Below are positions 1 to 13,116 of a stretch of 64,000 nt of DNA, piece after piece (position 1 is the stretch's first letter; each line of letters starts with the position of its first letter). This DNA is from Atractiella rhizophila. Lineage: Eukaryota. A program made the position numbers and the translations under genes. A model generated the notes under the pieces. That model worked only from the letters and a program-made list of their open reading frames with translations, had not been told where the DNA came from and made no database searches. The stretch spans positions 124,001 to 188,000 of the forward strand of contig MU271191.1 in assembly GCA_021432655.1 (NCBI GenBank), written 5' to 3'.

Positions 1-2230
1 GGACATAAGCGCTGAATGGTACGACCCAGCGATTGTCGTAAATAAATCCGTTCGGTGTCTTCTGAAATGTGCGTCCATTGTTACGTCGCCGGTAGGTGGG
101 ATAACCATCTTCGTTGATGCCTGTTTCTTCTGCAAAGGGCTTTGGAAACCCTTTGCCACAGATTTTTCTCCCAGGGTTCTTAGGATCATCTATCATGCAT
201 GGAGCATCTGGGTTGATATCTCCGCAGGGTCCATGGAGCATGTGATTGCAGACAGTGTCAAATAACTCAGGATCGGTGTCCTTGTCAGGCAATTCAGCAG
301 ATACTATGCGGTCGATAGCCTCAACATCCCGGATGGCGTCTTCGGCATTGAGAATGATGAGGATGTGAGCGTGAGGCAGACCACATTTCTGAAATTCGAT
401 CACCCAGACAAAGCCAACTGTCCGTCCAAAGATTGAGTTATCTTTGATGTCCTGCATATAGGCCTTCACCTTCACATTGAAAACCCTAGAGACCAAGTCT
501 GGCCTATCTGCAGCTGTTTGTCCAGGAAGCAGGGCTTCTGTGATTTCGGGCCATCGAGGATTGCAGGTAAATGTTGTAAAGATAGCGGGAGAACCTCTGT
601 TTCCAACAATCGCCATCGCATCCTGAAATTGTTGATTCATTTGACGTGGGCTTCCAGTATGTGTGGATGGTAAAATGGTCCGCTTCCCAACATCTGCTGC
701 ATCTCGGCCATCTTCTAAGGCATCACCAAGTCCAGCATAGGATTCAGTTCGGAGAAGATCTTGATTGAACCGAAGAAACTTCAATCTTCCACTCTCTATT
801 TGGGCGTAAGCATCGCAAACCAATTCTTGAAATAGTCGACCACCATGGTGAATGAGAGAGAAAGTATTCTTCTTGGGTGAAAAAGATAGGAGTAATAGTC
901 CATCTGCTTAACATGGACTCGTTCTCCCATGTTTCCAACTATTTGTCCGTCATTATTTCGATGTTCTTCCCGTGGACCACGTTGAAGCAGATCACCATGA
1001 CGGAGGGGAATGTACGTGTGCCAACCTTGCTCGCCATATATGGAAATAAAAGTGGAAATCGCAGTGGGAGATAATTGGCATTTTGATCACTGACTTTTTC
1101 ATAAAAGTTCTGACCATCAGGCCGTCGGAGTTTGACCACAATATCTCTTGTAACACCTGCGGTGGCTCCAGATTCTCTCCAATGAGAAGCACTGCAATTT
1201 CTCCTATGCCATGACCTGTTGGCCTATTATATCGACGGGGATTGAGATCTGTAGGATTAATAGTTCGAATGTGGAGTTGTAATGCTGGGTCATCTGCCAT
1301 ACGCTCCCTTGCAGTTTTATAGATTTCCGGCCATGGATTAACTCGCCACATCATGTCTTGCAACTTTCTCAATGTCACTTCCTTAAGTTTGTTCCCTCTA
1401 ATGGTCCCTATTCTTTAACGAATCTGCTCTTCAGAATCCAGCATATATATCTGTGCAAACTTTTCTTCGCCATCAGATTCCGGAAGCAAAGCACCGATGC
1501 GATGGCAAAGCTCCCCTTGAATCCGGAAAGTGTAAACTCCATGCCCAGGGATAGGTGGACGCTTGACTCTGAGAGAAGTAAAGGAAAGAGCATTATTGTA
1601 GGAGCGGATATTCTCACGAAACTGTCTTGATTCATGCGTATCTGGATTGGTGAACAGCTGAAACAACTCTGGTGGAGGATTTTCATAAGCAGGAAGAACA
1701 ATCTTTCCATGGGAGCAGCAGTTCGTAAATTTCGGATTACGCTTAGAGCTCTTGACTATTCGCTCCTCAAGCCAACGGAAGGCACTGCATTCTGAGCAGA
1801 AGACTACGCTCCAGCCAGAAAGCCGCACGGCTTCCACGGTTCCCGAAGAGTAGTTAAATGCGATGAAAGGATGCCGATCATGCCTTTCATCTCTTGGGGG
1901 CACCATCCTTGGGTCAGGAACATCATTGTTCCCAAATCCTCCATCAGAGGATCCTTCAGTGATGTCTCCATCTAAAGGCTGAGGGTCTGGCTGCCGATGT
2001 TGTCGTCGTACCCTCAGAGGTTGAGCCTGCTCCTGTTGCTTACGAATTTGGCGTGCCAAGTGCTGAGGTGGGGTAGGTTGCGTAATCTGAAAACGCTGGG
2101 GCAGTCCTGCATGACGTCTCTCTGTGCGTCGTGGAGCAGCCTGAGGGGTATCTGACTGGCTCTCTTCTCGTCGTTGCTGCTGAGCATGAACTCGTCGGTT
2201 TGCACCATTTTTTTGCTTAGGGCGGGGCAT
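1..2230 (-). pseudogene. Helitron RepHel N-terminal and Rep (HUH) domain, frameshifted
   Basis: ORF 1415-2230 (CC.HGKI.LP, FRENIRSYNNALSFTS). Downstream pieces give NPRRYNRP, YLPLRFPLLFPY, IFTTFTCNPRWPEI (~540-590), EFQKCGLPHAHIL (~355-400) and MLHGPCG. The pieces lie in different frames. Confidence 0.9.
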
Positions 2231-2435
2231 GATGATTCTAAAGTGCGGTCAGAAAGCACTAAAGGCAGTATATTCTAGCTCATATGTGCTCACTTTCTTC
2301 CCCTTAAGGTAGGCAAATGACACTTTTTGGCGCCCGACTTGAGAAATCCCAAAATGCGCTGAAGAAATAGCGTGTGGCCTTGTTTTGGCGCCGTGTGCTG
2401 CGGTTGCTTTGCGGGGCAGCTGCGCACGGTGTTTA

Positions 2436-2510
2436 CGGCCAAGTGGGCCAAGTGGGGAAGCCAGTGGAGCCGGGGAAAGCAGAGTTCACGGTTGCAAAGG
2501 GTTCGAGTCC
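2436..2510 (+). promoter_or_regulatory. Pol III type-2-like A box / B box pair in Helitron 1 leader
   Basis: GGCCAAGTGG twice (A-box-like, 2436-2455) and a consensus B box GGTTCGAGTCC (2500-2510), followed by a T5 run at ~2523. No cloverleaf seen. Confidence 0.4.
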
Positions 2511-3559
2511 GCTGCAAAACACTTTTTCTCACCACTTCAAAATAAAATTTCCTTGCAGCTCCAGAAAGGCGCAAACATATGCAGTAACATGGTGTAATTC
2601 ATTTCGTTTCAATGTGCCTGCTGAGGGAGGTATGAACGCTCAACAGTGCGTTTTATGACTCATGCCAAGAACGGATGGCTTTTAGAGATAAGGATTCATA
2701 GAACTGACCCTTTATTGCTGGGCGAGCAATCAACCAATCCGCTCTAATTATCCTGACGCTATCAAGTACATGCAAGATCTTACCTTAATTCATGCGGCGT
2801 AGCCCGCTCCGTTCACCGTAAGCTCAGCTCATAGTGGTCTATCAGATATTTCTGGCAGCCCAACAGGACAAAAAACACGCACAGACTTCTGCATCACGAC
2901 CGGTTAGAACCTCTCGCAGCCTCTTTTCTACCACGGTATCAGGTAGCGTCTGTATTCCATCGCGACGCCAACGAGGCTCCATTGGCAGCAGAACTGTGAG
3001 AGATTTTAAATCTGGCGAGGAACGTTCAGTGCCAACGGAATTCAATGTGTCCGCGATTCGCTCCACCAAATTATCAACTTCCACAACTGATTCTGTCCAT
3101 AGTCGCACATGTAAGTTCAAAGTCGCCTGACAAGTGACGGAGGTGGTTGAGCCAAATACCGTTTTCAACATTCTCGGATCTGCCCAGGTCCTGTCATCGC
3201 AAAGACCGAGAGACCATCGCGGGAAGTAAGGTATCCATTGAGCAATCTGACAAATGAGCTCTACCACGACTTGGTCAGACTGAGAAGTCCGTATGGGAGT
3301 TTCAAGCTTTTCGGAATTAGATTTCGTGTGACAATATATTCACGGCCGCTTTGGCAGTGTGGCAGAGCAGAACCATCAGGCAACTCAAGAAGTGGGACTG
3401 GAATTTGGACTCACGACTTTAGTAAGAGAGCGGAGGGGAAAGTACTATGAGTGGTATAACGTTCGCATCCTCCTTATGTTTGATGCTTTTTGCTAAGTGG
3501 GATGGCCGGGTCACTCGTCTAGGAACTCCGCGAGTTCAATGGATTCAGCGAGGCGAAAG

Positions 3560-6050
3560 GTAAAATGGTTCCGAAGATTGAGTACGAGTGTATCTTTTGC
3601 AGGTGCAATCATCACTTGCTCTGTTTTATAGTCCTCATTAATTTCAGTACTGATATTTGTCTGTCAGCGTAAAGATAATCATCGAGAAAGGGAACACCGG
3701 AAACTTGAACAAACACATCCAGTGCTGCCGGCATCGTTACTCGACGGCTGCTCAGAAGCTCAACTGCTCGCCAAAGAAGCCTGATCCCAAGTTGAAGAAA
3801 GGTTCTATTGTGAATAGCCTGCTGCAACAGAACAGCTTGCTTTCAATCCCGTTGAATTTCACAAGACATTTGGCTTATTCATTGTAACTGCCAACATCTC
3901 CCTCAACTCCATCGAGAATGAGTTCCTCCAACATTCGATTTCACTCCTTCGACCTGGATTTGTTCTGCCTTCTGCCACGACTCTCCGAGTTGATATTAGC
4001 CGCCTGTACAAAATTGGGAGGGACGGACTTATGGATGAGTTAAAGGTGTGTTTTACTTAAGTCGCTGGTTGTTTTCAATGCTGAGTCCTCCCGCTTAGTT
4101 GGTCAAAAATCGAATTGCACTTATGTTGTTAATGTGTAAAAACGCAATGATTATTTCGTGTTTATATACTTGTGAGACAGTTGTTCTAGAACTTTCAAGA
4201 AAAAGTAAGAAAGTAAGACAACAAAAAAGCAAGAATGATGGAGAATATTCTGGAACAAATAATTGCCACTCATCCGAGATGGCAGGATGAATCATGAACA
4301 CCAGCAACGTACTTGGGATTCTTCGACTCCCAAAGGCACGCAGTACACATTCATGGCCGTCTTTGCCATTTGGATAGACTCCATGTGGAACATCAAGTTA
4401 AACTATTCTCAGCTCTCATTTCCATGTTAGATATCTAATCAAGCTCGTTGATAGATCCACTTGCTACGTTTCCCTCGGCTCCTCGGTCGACATTCAGCTG
4501 TCCCGTCTAGTCCTGTCATATGGAATCTGCTCCGAAGCCGTGGCATCCTCGAACGGGTATGTCTTCTCTCTATTACCATTTTTCTGGTTCTCAGGACTAG
4601 CCAGATATAGACACTCAACGGAGACAACACCAACTTCAATCCTGCGACTATAAGGAGTCTTGGGGGGCTCTATTACAATGCCAATCTCGCGACTCTCGAT
4701 GCTGACAATGTCTTCATTGGTTGTCCACTCCATCAAATACACCTCACTGTCTCCAAAGCTCTTGGACAAAATGATCTTCGGATAGATATCTGACATGTTC
4801 TCAGCTTGTACTCGTTTCTGTTTCTGGCGCTATTGTTCGAACGCCTCGACGCCGTGAAGCATTCTCCACAATTGCTAAACTCAGCCTCCCTCCTCCAATC
4901 ACGACCCTCTTGCCAGAACATCCCCGTAATTGTCTGGATTGGGCAAGCAGTATGTGATCTCTACTTCCGACTTCCATGGTATTGGGCTCAAGATACAAGG
5001 AACAGGCACTCCAGATTCTTTGCCGCAAGAATGACTTCCGCCGTTATGAGCTCACTGACTGGGAGCAGATCATGTTAGAAACATTGCTCAAGGAAATACT
5101 TAACGTAAGTCATGTTTCAGCCCTCCGAACCAGAAACTGCAAACTAACTTTCCAAAAGCCGTTTCATATCGCAACTGGGTTTCTATCCCAGGAAACGGAA
5201 CCGACTTTGCCTTTCATATACGTCGCTTACTCTACGCTCATTGCCCACTTTCGTCACGTCTTGGCAATGGGCAGACCAGCTGAGCTGGAGTGGGACTCTA
5301 CTTTGAAGGAATGTGCGGTTAAGATGGCAGCAAGGTTAGAAGAAGATTGGACCTATTACAAGAAGAATAAGAATGTTCTGTTGGCAGCATGTGTGTATTA
5401 TTCTTTGCGAAGCCTCACTTTTCACTTTCTTTGATTCCATCCACTGATGATTCTTCTACAGATTTGCACCCCAGCATCCGCTCCACATTCCTCCAAAATG
5501 AACAGATGTTCACCCACGCTGGGGCTGTAGAGGTCCGTCGAATGATTGATACCACATTCGCGCAATACGCTGCGAAACATGCCACCTTGCTGCCAGCCAT
5601 CCCGTCTCACCAACGTACCTCGCCTTCCGTGACTCCTGTTTCAGGGACTATGTTCAACACTGCTCTCACCTGTCACCAAGCTGAACTCCCTCTTTCCGCA
5701 ACTGAGCAACAGCGACATCCTCGGGCTCGAGCCGTACGAGAAGGATAACTCAATTTTATTGTGGTATAAGGTATTTTACTTCACTTCTACTCTTGGCATC
5801 CATGTTTACGTCTTCTTCTCAGACACATGAGAAAGATATCCCTATGTACTCATTGATGGCCCGAGACATCCTCCTCAGCCCCGCCTCAAGCATGATACCG
5901 GAGTCATCTTTCTCCATGTCAAAAACGACAACAAGGGATAACCGCGGGAAACTCAAATCACAATCAGATAGTTGTATGAGAGTGTGGATGGAACTGGTTC
6001 CGTATGCTGTATTTACATTCGTGACATCATTACTAAACCTTTGGCTTTGA
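3560..6050 (+). pseudogene. Degenerate hAT transposase
   Basis: BED-like C..C / GNTGNLNKH near 3590-3720. IALTWD...FMAVFAIWID is restored when the solo LTR is removed. PFHIATGFLS...PTL at 5160-5210. C-terminal dimerisation-like MARDILLSPASS..PESSFS at 5855-5915. Stops, frameshifts and an unrelated segment at ~4400-4900. Confidence 0.8.
4124..4306 (-). mobile_element. Solo LTR related to the Copia LTR at 47119-47302
   Basis: TG...CA, 183 bp. Shares TTTATATACTTGTG, GTTCTAGAA, AATTGCCACTCA and GAGATGGCAGGATGAATCATGAAC with the Copia LTR. Flanked by ACTTA / ACGTA (5-bp TSD, one mismatch). Confidence 0.88.
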
Positions 6051-9000
6051 TGGAACCACGAAGGCTGCCCAAAAATGGACATCCTTAACCAGGACTTTCG
6101 CCATGATATGCCTCATTCGAAGCAGACCTTTCTCATATCACCGACTTTCGCTTCAAGTGAAGAAGGTCACAGGTAGGCTTGAGGGATGCTGGGTTCCTCA
6201 TGCTAGGAATAACGAATCATGTTGTGGGGCATAGCTGGGAGGGTACAGTCGAAAGGAGCAGGACCAAGAGCAAATGCAACACTTTCAGACTGTTAGCAGT
6301 GGCCGTGCGACCTTGTCTTCAAAAACCATTCAGCAGTGATGGCAAAGCCAAATAAAATGTGAGCTTCATGGCTCCAGTTGCTTTCTCAGCTATGTGCACC
6401 ATACCGCCATGATCCTGGATTCTTGTACATCTGCTGACGGGCACACTGTATAAGATGTCAGAAATGGAGGAAAAGAGCTCAGGAGAATCAAACAAATAGT
6501 ATTTGGTGCCGAACAGTATGACGCCACAGAAGGGAAGCCTGAGCTACATGCACGGGCTTGTGAATGACTAGTGTCAATGCCGACAGCAGAGGGAACTAGG
6601 CGGAATGGGCCGGTGATTAGATAAGCTGGGATCCCTAAACCTTGGCCAATATGGATTGTGCTTGCTATTTCGGGCGGTTTGTGTGCGATCATGTTGTGTG
6701 TGATCTCGATCAAACTAGCGAGTCTTGCTTGCTGCTCTTGCAAATATTGAACCTGCCGCTCCAAAGCTACCACTGTGTAGATAATTAGATAGATCATATG
6801 AAAGACAGGTTGACAACCTACACTTTCGTCTTAGTAGTGCAGTATCAAATAGACAGTGGTTGTGTTTAGACTGGAACAGGCGTTATAATTCAGAAAACCC
6901 AACAAGAACACAAATACAGGTTGTTGTGGGCTTTGGCAACGATCTTCGCAGCCTTCATTCTCGCGACCTCTCCTGTACCCTGAGCTTAGTTCATTCTTTC
7001 AAAAGGCCACCTTGCTCACTGGGAACAATGGAACTGTGTTTACTCCAAATCAGTCTTCATCCCAACTACTAACCAAGAGGGCGTACCGAATCATGCTGAA
7101 ACTTTCTTTTACCACAGAGCTGAAACATTTAATGGTCATCCTTCTATAAAACTTTCCGATAGGGTCCACATACCACGCAACTGTTGATCACTTTTCAGTT
7201 TCATGAATCATGATGGTGGAAGACTAAACTCAGCTGGAGTCTTCGTTTTCCTGATGACATTTCCTAATCTTGTGTTCTCCCTATGTTGTGTCAGATCAGG
7301 GGAGAATGAGGCGGGAGACTGAGAGGGGAGGGAGGTCCCCGATTTGATACGCGACAGCGTTTCTTGAAGTCCTAGCAAAGAGAAGTAGTCTGTCTGTGAC
7401 CATCGCCGTTTACTTATGGGCATCGATAACAAACAAGGTTTTAAAGGGGTCAAACTGTGATTTGTACCAGCATGACATCACAGACGAGTGGCGCGCATTC
7501 ATCGAGCTTGATCAAACTGCTTGAAATTGGAACAGAGCAGGCAAGCCCAGCGGAGAAAGGCCAGTATTACATATCGATGACAGATGGAGCTCAGGATTGA
7601 ATTGGAATCTCTTGGGAAGCGTTGGTCACAAATCAACATCGATGAATTACTTTTTAGTGCGATGGCCAAACAAACAAGCTCCTCAGGTTACTTCAGAAGT
7701 CGGCCGACAAAAGCAATATCGAAATCCAGCTGGACCATTGAAACGAAGCTTTACAGTAGCTTTCGTTTGTGTGCAACATGTAACCTTGGTTGCGGCATTA
7801 CGATACAATCGATGCATCGTCCTTCCAGTTCACCGCGGACGCACCTGACACACCCCACGTACCTGACGGCCAGCACAAACTGTGAGGCTCCTGCACGTGC
7901 AGACAGCCTGGCCTTGAATGAGGAATAAGGAATGTCAGGTTTGTGTTCTGTACAAATCGGTGCCAGGTGACCTGAGAAACTAGGGATGGCTGTCGGCCCT
8001 CAGGATTTGAGCGCGTCCGTTGCCACCGTGAGGCGCACTTATTCGCGAACATTCTAGGCTTACTGTGATTACTCATTTTGCCACCTGTCTTGAAGTATAT
8101 AAAGCCGTTCTTCACCTCATGTAATTTCATTCAATTCAGCCCTGACAATAGAATCAACAGGCCCGGCTTTTCTGGTTGGACGATTGTCCGGGACTGAGTT
8201 GTTCTTGACTTCGCTTCGGTCATAGGTGGACATGCAATGGAATTTGGATGTAATTTAGTTGAATTGAAGCGAAATTTTGCGAACTTTCATTGGGGCATTG
8301 TCATGAAGTACCAGAAAACTGGCATCTGCGGGAAATGAAATTGTTGTTTTTCTCTGCTGCTTTGTTAACCTCAAACAAATGTATTACGTTTGGCTGAGCT
8401 CTTGCAAACGCATGAGCAGCAGAAACACAAGAACAGGTGTTTATATACATGAGAGCTTGTGGCAAATAGAAACTTCCAGAATGTTCATGAAGAAAGTATT
8501 ACTAACATTTTACTCATCTCCAACAGAAATGCTTGCTGAGCTGTGAAAATGCCAGCTGGAAAAGTATTTTCGACACCGAAAAGCGACGGAGGAATGTATT
8601 TTAGTACAATAAATTGATGCATTTTGCTCAAATAAATACCATTCCACCACCATTTCAACATCATTAAGTTATATGGAGGCCTGACATAAAATTATTCTGT
8701 GCATGTTGCAGTGTTTAAAACAAGTTGTGACCAAGTACTCCGTCCAACACCCGTCTCACCGTCCGTCCTCGTCCCACCCTTCAAAAAATCGTCAGCTCCA
8801 AATTTGAAGAAGGTATACCGAACGGCCTAAAATAAAATCATCACCGTCATGGCTTACGTATTAACATCTCCCTCTGACAGAACTCGTTTAATGGTTGTTT
8901 TTGGAATGTTCTACATTTCTTAACTACGAAGGGCTACAAGTTAGGCTCATTGGTGCATTCAGAACAAGCCCCAATCTACTCTTGAACAGTTTGAGGGCTT

Positions 9001-9259
9001 GTAACATGATACGACTGGATTGTTGGCTGTTGAGGGCACAATCGAAGTTTCTACTTAGGGCGATGCAGATCAATGAAGAAGGGATTATTCACACATTTTG
9101 AAGCACAAGAAGCTTCACGTCGTTCGCACCACGCGATAATCTCGTATCGATCGCGAACAGGTCGGGTCATGATTGTGTACAAAGCTACACCCCACAGACG
9201 GAAGGCTGGGCTGAACTCGTTGATGTTGCTTTTATGGTGAAGGTCGGCTAGTCGCAACC

Positions 9260-12200
9260 ACTGTGGCAAACCATGACTCGTTGATGACAGTTGATGATAG
9301 TCATTCCAAATTTCTAATTTTTTTTTTGTTGCTCACTTGTCGTTGGCCAGACTTGGCCAGACTTGATAAGGCTGAGGAACGAGGTTGTCGCGGTCAAGAA
9401 GAGTGGGTTAGATGAATTTACTATTTGTATATAAGGAAATTGTCAGACTCTAATTATGACGCAAATATATCTGCTTTATTGTAAATTATTGATCTTCCCG
9501 AGCTGCTCGAGCCTCAGGAATCCTGCGATGTGAAGAGTACTGCTTCTGTTGATATTCAGCATCAATCACACTCTTCCCCTCCTTGTAGGCTTGAATCCAG
9601 CGGTGGCTCCAGTGCACAAATTTACGGATTGTTGACAATGGTACAGACCGCAAACCTTCTGGAACCATTCGCTTTAATCCTTCAAAGGTATAGTCGCAAT
9701 TCTCTGTTCCATATGTCAGTCACAAAGCAGATAAGTGGAAGCCTGCCATTACCTCTAATATATCGTTTCATTGCTCCCCAGAAAAACTCAATAAAATTTA
9801 ATTCATTGCAAATTAAATTTTGGGAGGAAAATTGCACAATGGTCCCTCCGCTCCAGAATCTCTTACACAAATGGCTTCTGCTTCAGGAAATCTGGCTGTG
9901 CTGCAAGCCATCTCTCTAACACAGACATAAGTCAACTTTCAAAATCAAAGGAAGAAGCTTACCGGCACAACACTTGTGATCATCACGATGGTCAGCAACT
10001 TTCTTACACTTCCCCCGCAGTCCCGGCAACCACAAGTTTCTCTCCTCCAACACAACCCTCATCCCTTTCGGAGTTCCATCATCATAAACCATCCGCTGGA
10101 CATGTCTTCTCCCGGTTGCATCCACCCACCAGCCGTCCCTCAGCCTTGCTTGTGCCCCACCTGGTAAAAGATAAGCAATGCCATAAAATAAGACTGGTAA
10201 AGAAAGTACGCACCAGAACTAACATTCATATGCTTGGTGTTCAGGGCATCCTTTGCGAGAGCTGCATGGCCGGTTAAGTTATCGAAAATGACAAGTGTCT
10301 GGTCTTCCGAATGTAACCGTTCAAAAACCGGGATGAACTTTTTTTCAACCTGAACATATCAATTGACAAGAGCACAACCCCAAGGAAAGAATGCCGACCT
10401 GCTCAGCCAGCTTCTCAGCATTCCAATATCCTTCATGATTCTTCCCGTACTCCAACTGCTCCCCAGCTTCCTCCAGCCATCCTTGGGTTGAGCAAATGAA
10501 GTCTGACCGGTGTAGACCCCGCCCTTGTCCTTTCTTTCAAAGGTTGTTTTGCCCGTCAAGCACCCATGAGAAGTGTTTGCCATCATGTGCATTGCAAGTC
10601 GACTCGTCATGAGAGACAAGGACAACTCGGCGGGTTTCAGGGGCAAGATCCTTAACAACTTCTTTCATCACATTTCCAACTTCATATTGACGGAGCCGTG
10701 GAATATAGCTTTCAAACTGGGGAATGAAAACCTCTTGCCGATACTTGACAACATCTGGCCGCTCATGACCGCTGCACATGTACAGAAAAGTCAGGTCACA
10801 CTCATACTCCACAAGGTAAGGGCAGCAGCAGACGTACTCAAAGTAGAGGCCCTTCTTGTAATAGGTCCATTTAAAGCCTTCTTTCTTCAACCATCTCCTG
10901 GCTGTCCTCAGTGAGATACCCTTTGGTCCCGGCTTAAATTGGATACGAGGAAATAGCTTCACCTCAAGATAATTCTTCAACCCTTGCGGAATCTCCTCTC
11001 GGATTGTTTGCCTCGCATACTTTTCCAGAGCAAGTGGGACCATCGTGTTGACATGGAATTGAGCGAGCTTCGTTGGATCCATTGACCACTTATTTGTACG
11101 GAGCCAGGAACGGAGATATCCACAGATTTCTGGATCATTGAGCAATGTATATGTTTTTACATGCCTCCCTGCAATGCATCATGAGCACTTACTTGACAAT
11201 AAGCAAATGGACTGACCTCTATTTGACACTGGAAGCTCCCCTGTCTCCTCATAATGGTTGGCCCATAAACGAACGCACCGTGCTCCGAAAGCCAAGCCGA
11301 ATCGGTGGGAAGCTGCCGCAATCTGCGATGCTTCCAGCTTCCCTCTTGTACCCAGTCTTAACAGGTTATAATAAGTTTCCAACGCTCGAACCCTCCGTCC
11401 CTGAAGGTGTGTCAGAAACTGATTCCTCTGCAACAGCTTCTCAATCTGAGCAGCTCTTATCCCATACTCTTCTAGCTGTTTCCTCCTGTGCTGAGTGCGC
11501 TCCTCCTTCGTAGGACGTATTTGCTTGAGCGGCGGGGCAGATTCGTCGGTAGGTTCCTCTTCCGCTCGTGTTCTCTTGGGCTTCCCCATCATAGGCAAAG
11601 TGGTGGGCAGAGGAGGGGGAGGAGTGCCTGGTGGAGGAGTAGGTGGGGAAGTGGCAGATGATGGAGTGGCAGGCAGCGGAACAGGTGGAGCGACAGGCGG
11701 AGGGACAGGTGGAGTGACAGGCGGAGTCAGAGGCAGAGTGATAGGCGGAGGAGAGGCAGGTGGTGGAGTGGCAGGCTGTGGTGGATGGATGTTAGTGGGT
11801 GCAAGTGACATATCTGAGGAGTGGGAGTTGGCAGCAAAGGGGGTGTACGCCCAAGGGATGGAAGACACAGAAGGGGGGCCATCCTGGTCCTTGTCCTCTT
11901 CGTCCTCGTCATCAGTCAGCACAACGAGGATGTCGTCCGGCAGCGTGTGATTCTCGGGTGAGGATGCTGCCTGTGTGACTTCCGATGGAGCGGCTTGAAA
12001 ATGTTGTCAATGCGCTCACATCCACTGCAATAAAGTCAGTAATCTCAGAGAAAGCATCATGTAAAGGCTCACCGTTGCCTAGCCTCATTAAACTTATTTC
12101 TGCGCCAGACAGAAGTCAGCGCTGTCGAAGTCGCTCCATCCCTGTACCCTTTTGACCTTGACTTCCCAATTTGCTTCTCCCCTCTGACCCTAGCATTTGC

Positions 12201-13116
12201 ATGCGCTCCCCACCGCATAAGTTCATCATAAACAGATCCTGGGAGGTCGTCCCTGGCCTTCAGCAGAACTTCTCATCGTTCTGCACTATCCGGAGCCTCT
12301 TCGTCATCGCTACCCAGATCCAGCTCGCCTTCATCGCTGTCTTCATCATGGTCTCCTTCCTCACTATCCTCTTCCTCCAACTCTCTTTCCTCGCTATCCT
12401 CTTCCTCGGATTCTCTCAGAACCATCAACCTTTCCTCTTCCCCAAGCGAGCCGGAATCGGGCGGAGGAGAAACCAACGGGATAGGGTCAAGCTCGAAGCC
12501 ATTGCGTGAGGAGTACACACTGTTCAGTAGGTATCAGTCGGGTTCCTATTGATAAGCAGATAACTCACGAGGACAGTTCAAGTCCTTCATCATCAGATGA
12601 TCCTGAATCCACGGTGACGACGTCGAAGCCAGAAGAGGAAGCTGGAGCTGGAGTGTACGCAAGCGAGGCGAGTCTGGCTGCAGTTGCCTGCTTGCGAGCT
12701 TCACGAAGGGCGGCATACCTCGCTTCTTTCGCATGAGAAGGACGCCCTCGCCCTTTCCTTCGCTTGCCCATGAAGCTGGAGATGGAGCGAGAGGCGAACA
12801 GACAGAAGAAAATGAAGCTTCTTCCTTCTTGAAACACAGTTCGGAAATACGCAAAATAGGGTTCCGGTACTTGTACAAAACGTACAGTAGATCATGTGAC
12901 GTACAACGAGGCGTACAGTAGCCTGCTTATCGTACAATGGCACACACAAGGGGTCATTTTCCAAATCAGGGAACAAAAAAAATATTGCTCCTCAGGAAGA
13001 AGAGGTATCAAAAAGTTGTCTGTAGGTTTTAATCTAGGGCCCATTTAGAGCATATTCCACAGACAGATAGTCCATTGGGTCAAAACTGAAAGATCAATTT
13101 TAAGGTTTGCCACAGT
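9260..13116 (-). mobile_element. IS630/Tc1-related DNA transposon, candidate boundaries
   Basis: Perfect 13-bp inverted repeat ACTGTGGCAAACC (9260-9272) / GGTTTGCCACAGT (13104-13116) brackets the transposase. No TSD recognised. Confidence 0.6.
9486..12771 (-). pseudogene. IS630/Tc1-like DDE transposase, multi-exon and disrupted, with long acidic and Pro-rich N-terminus
   Basis: RTARRWLKKEGF, GHERPDVVKYR, HDEST, FDN..GH, PKGMRVVLEERNLW, QPDF, ELNFIEFFWGAMKRY, KQYSSHRRIP. AT-hook-like GRGRP at the start (ATG 12771). Several frameshifts. Confidence 0.85.

Larger units (their letters stand above)
1..2694 (-). mobile_element. Helitron 1, 5' part; continues beyond the left edge
   Basis: Minus-strand 5' terminus A|TCCTTATCTCTAAAAG at 2694 resembles the Helitron 2 terminus (TCCTTATATATAAAG). 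Leader 2285-2370 is similar to 30238-30320. Rep coding sequence follows. Confidence 0.88.

Noticed and set aside
2842..3267. 141-aa minus-strand ORF
   Set aside because: No recognisable motif or supportable gene structure.
7981..8781. Possible hAT-type MITE (TAGGGATGG at 7981, CCGTC cluster at 8750-8775)
   Set aside because: Ends match poorly and there is no 8-bp TSD.
11495..11950. Gly-rich 151-aa plus-strand ORF
   Set aside because: Antisense shadow of the Pro-rich transposase N-terminus.
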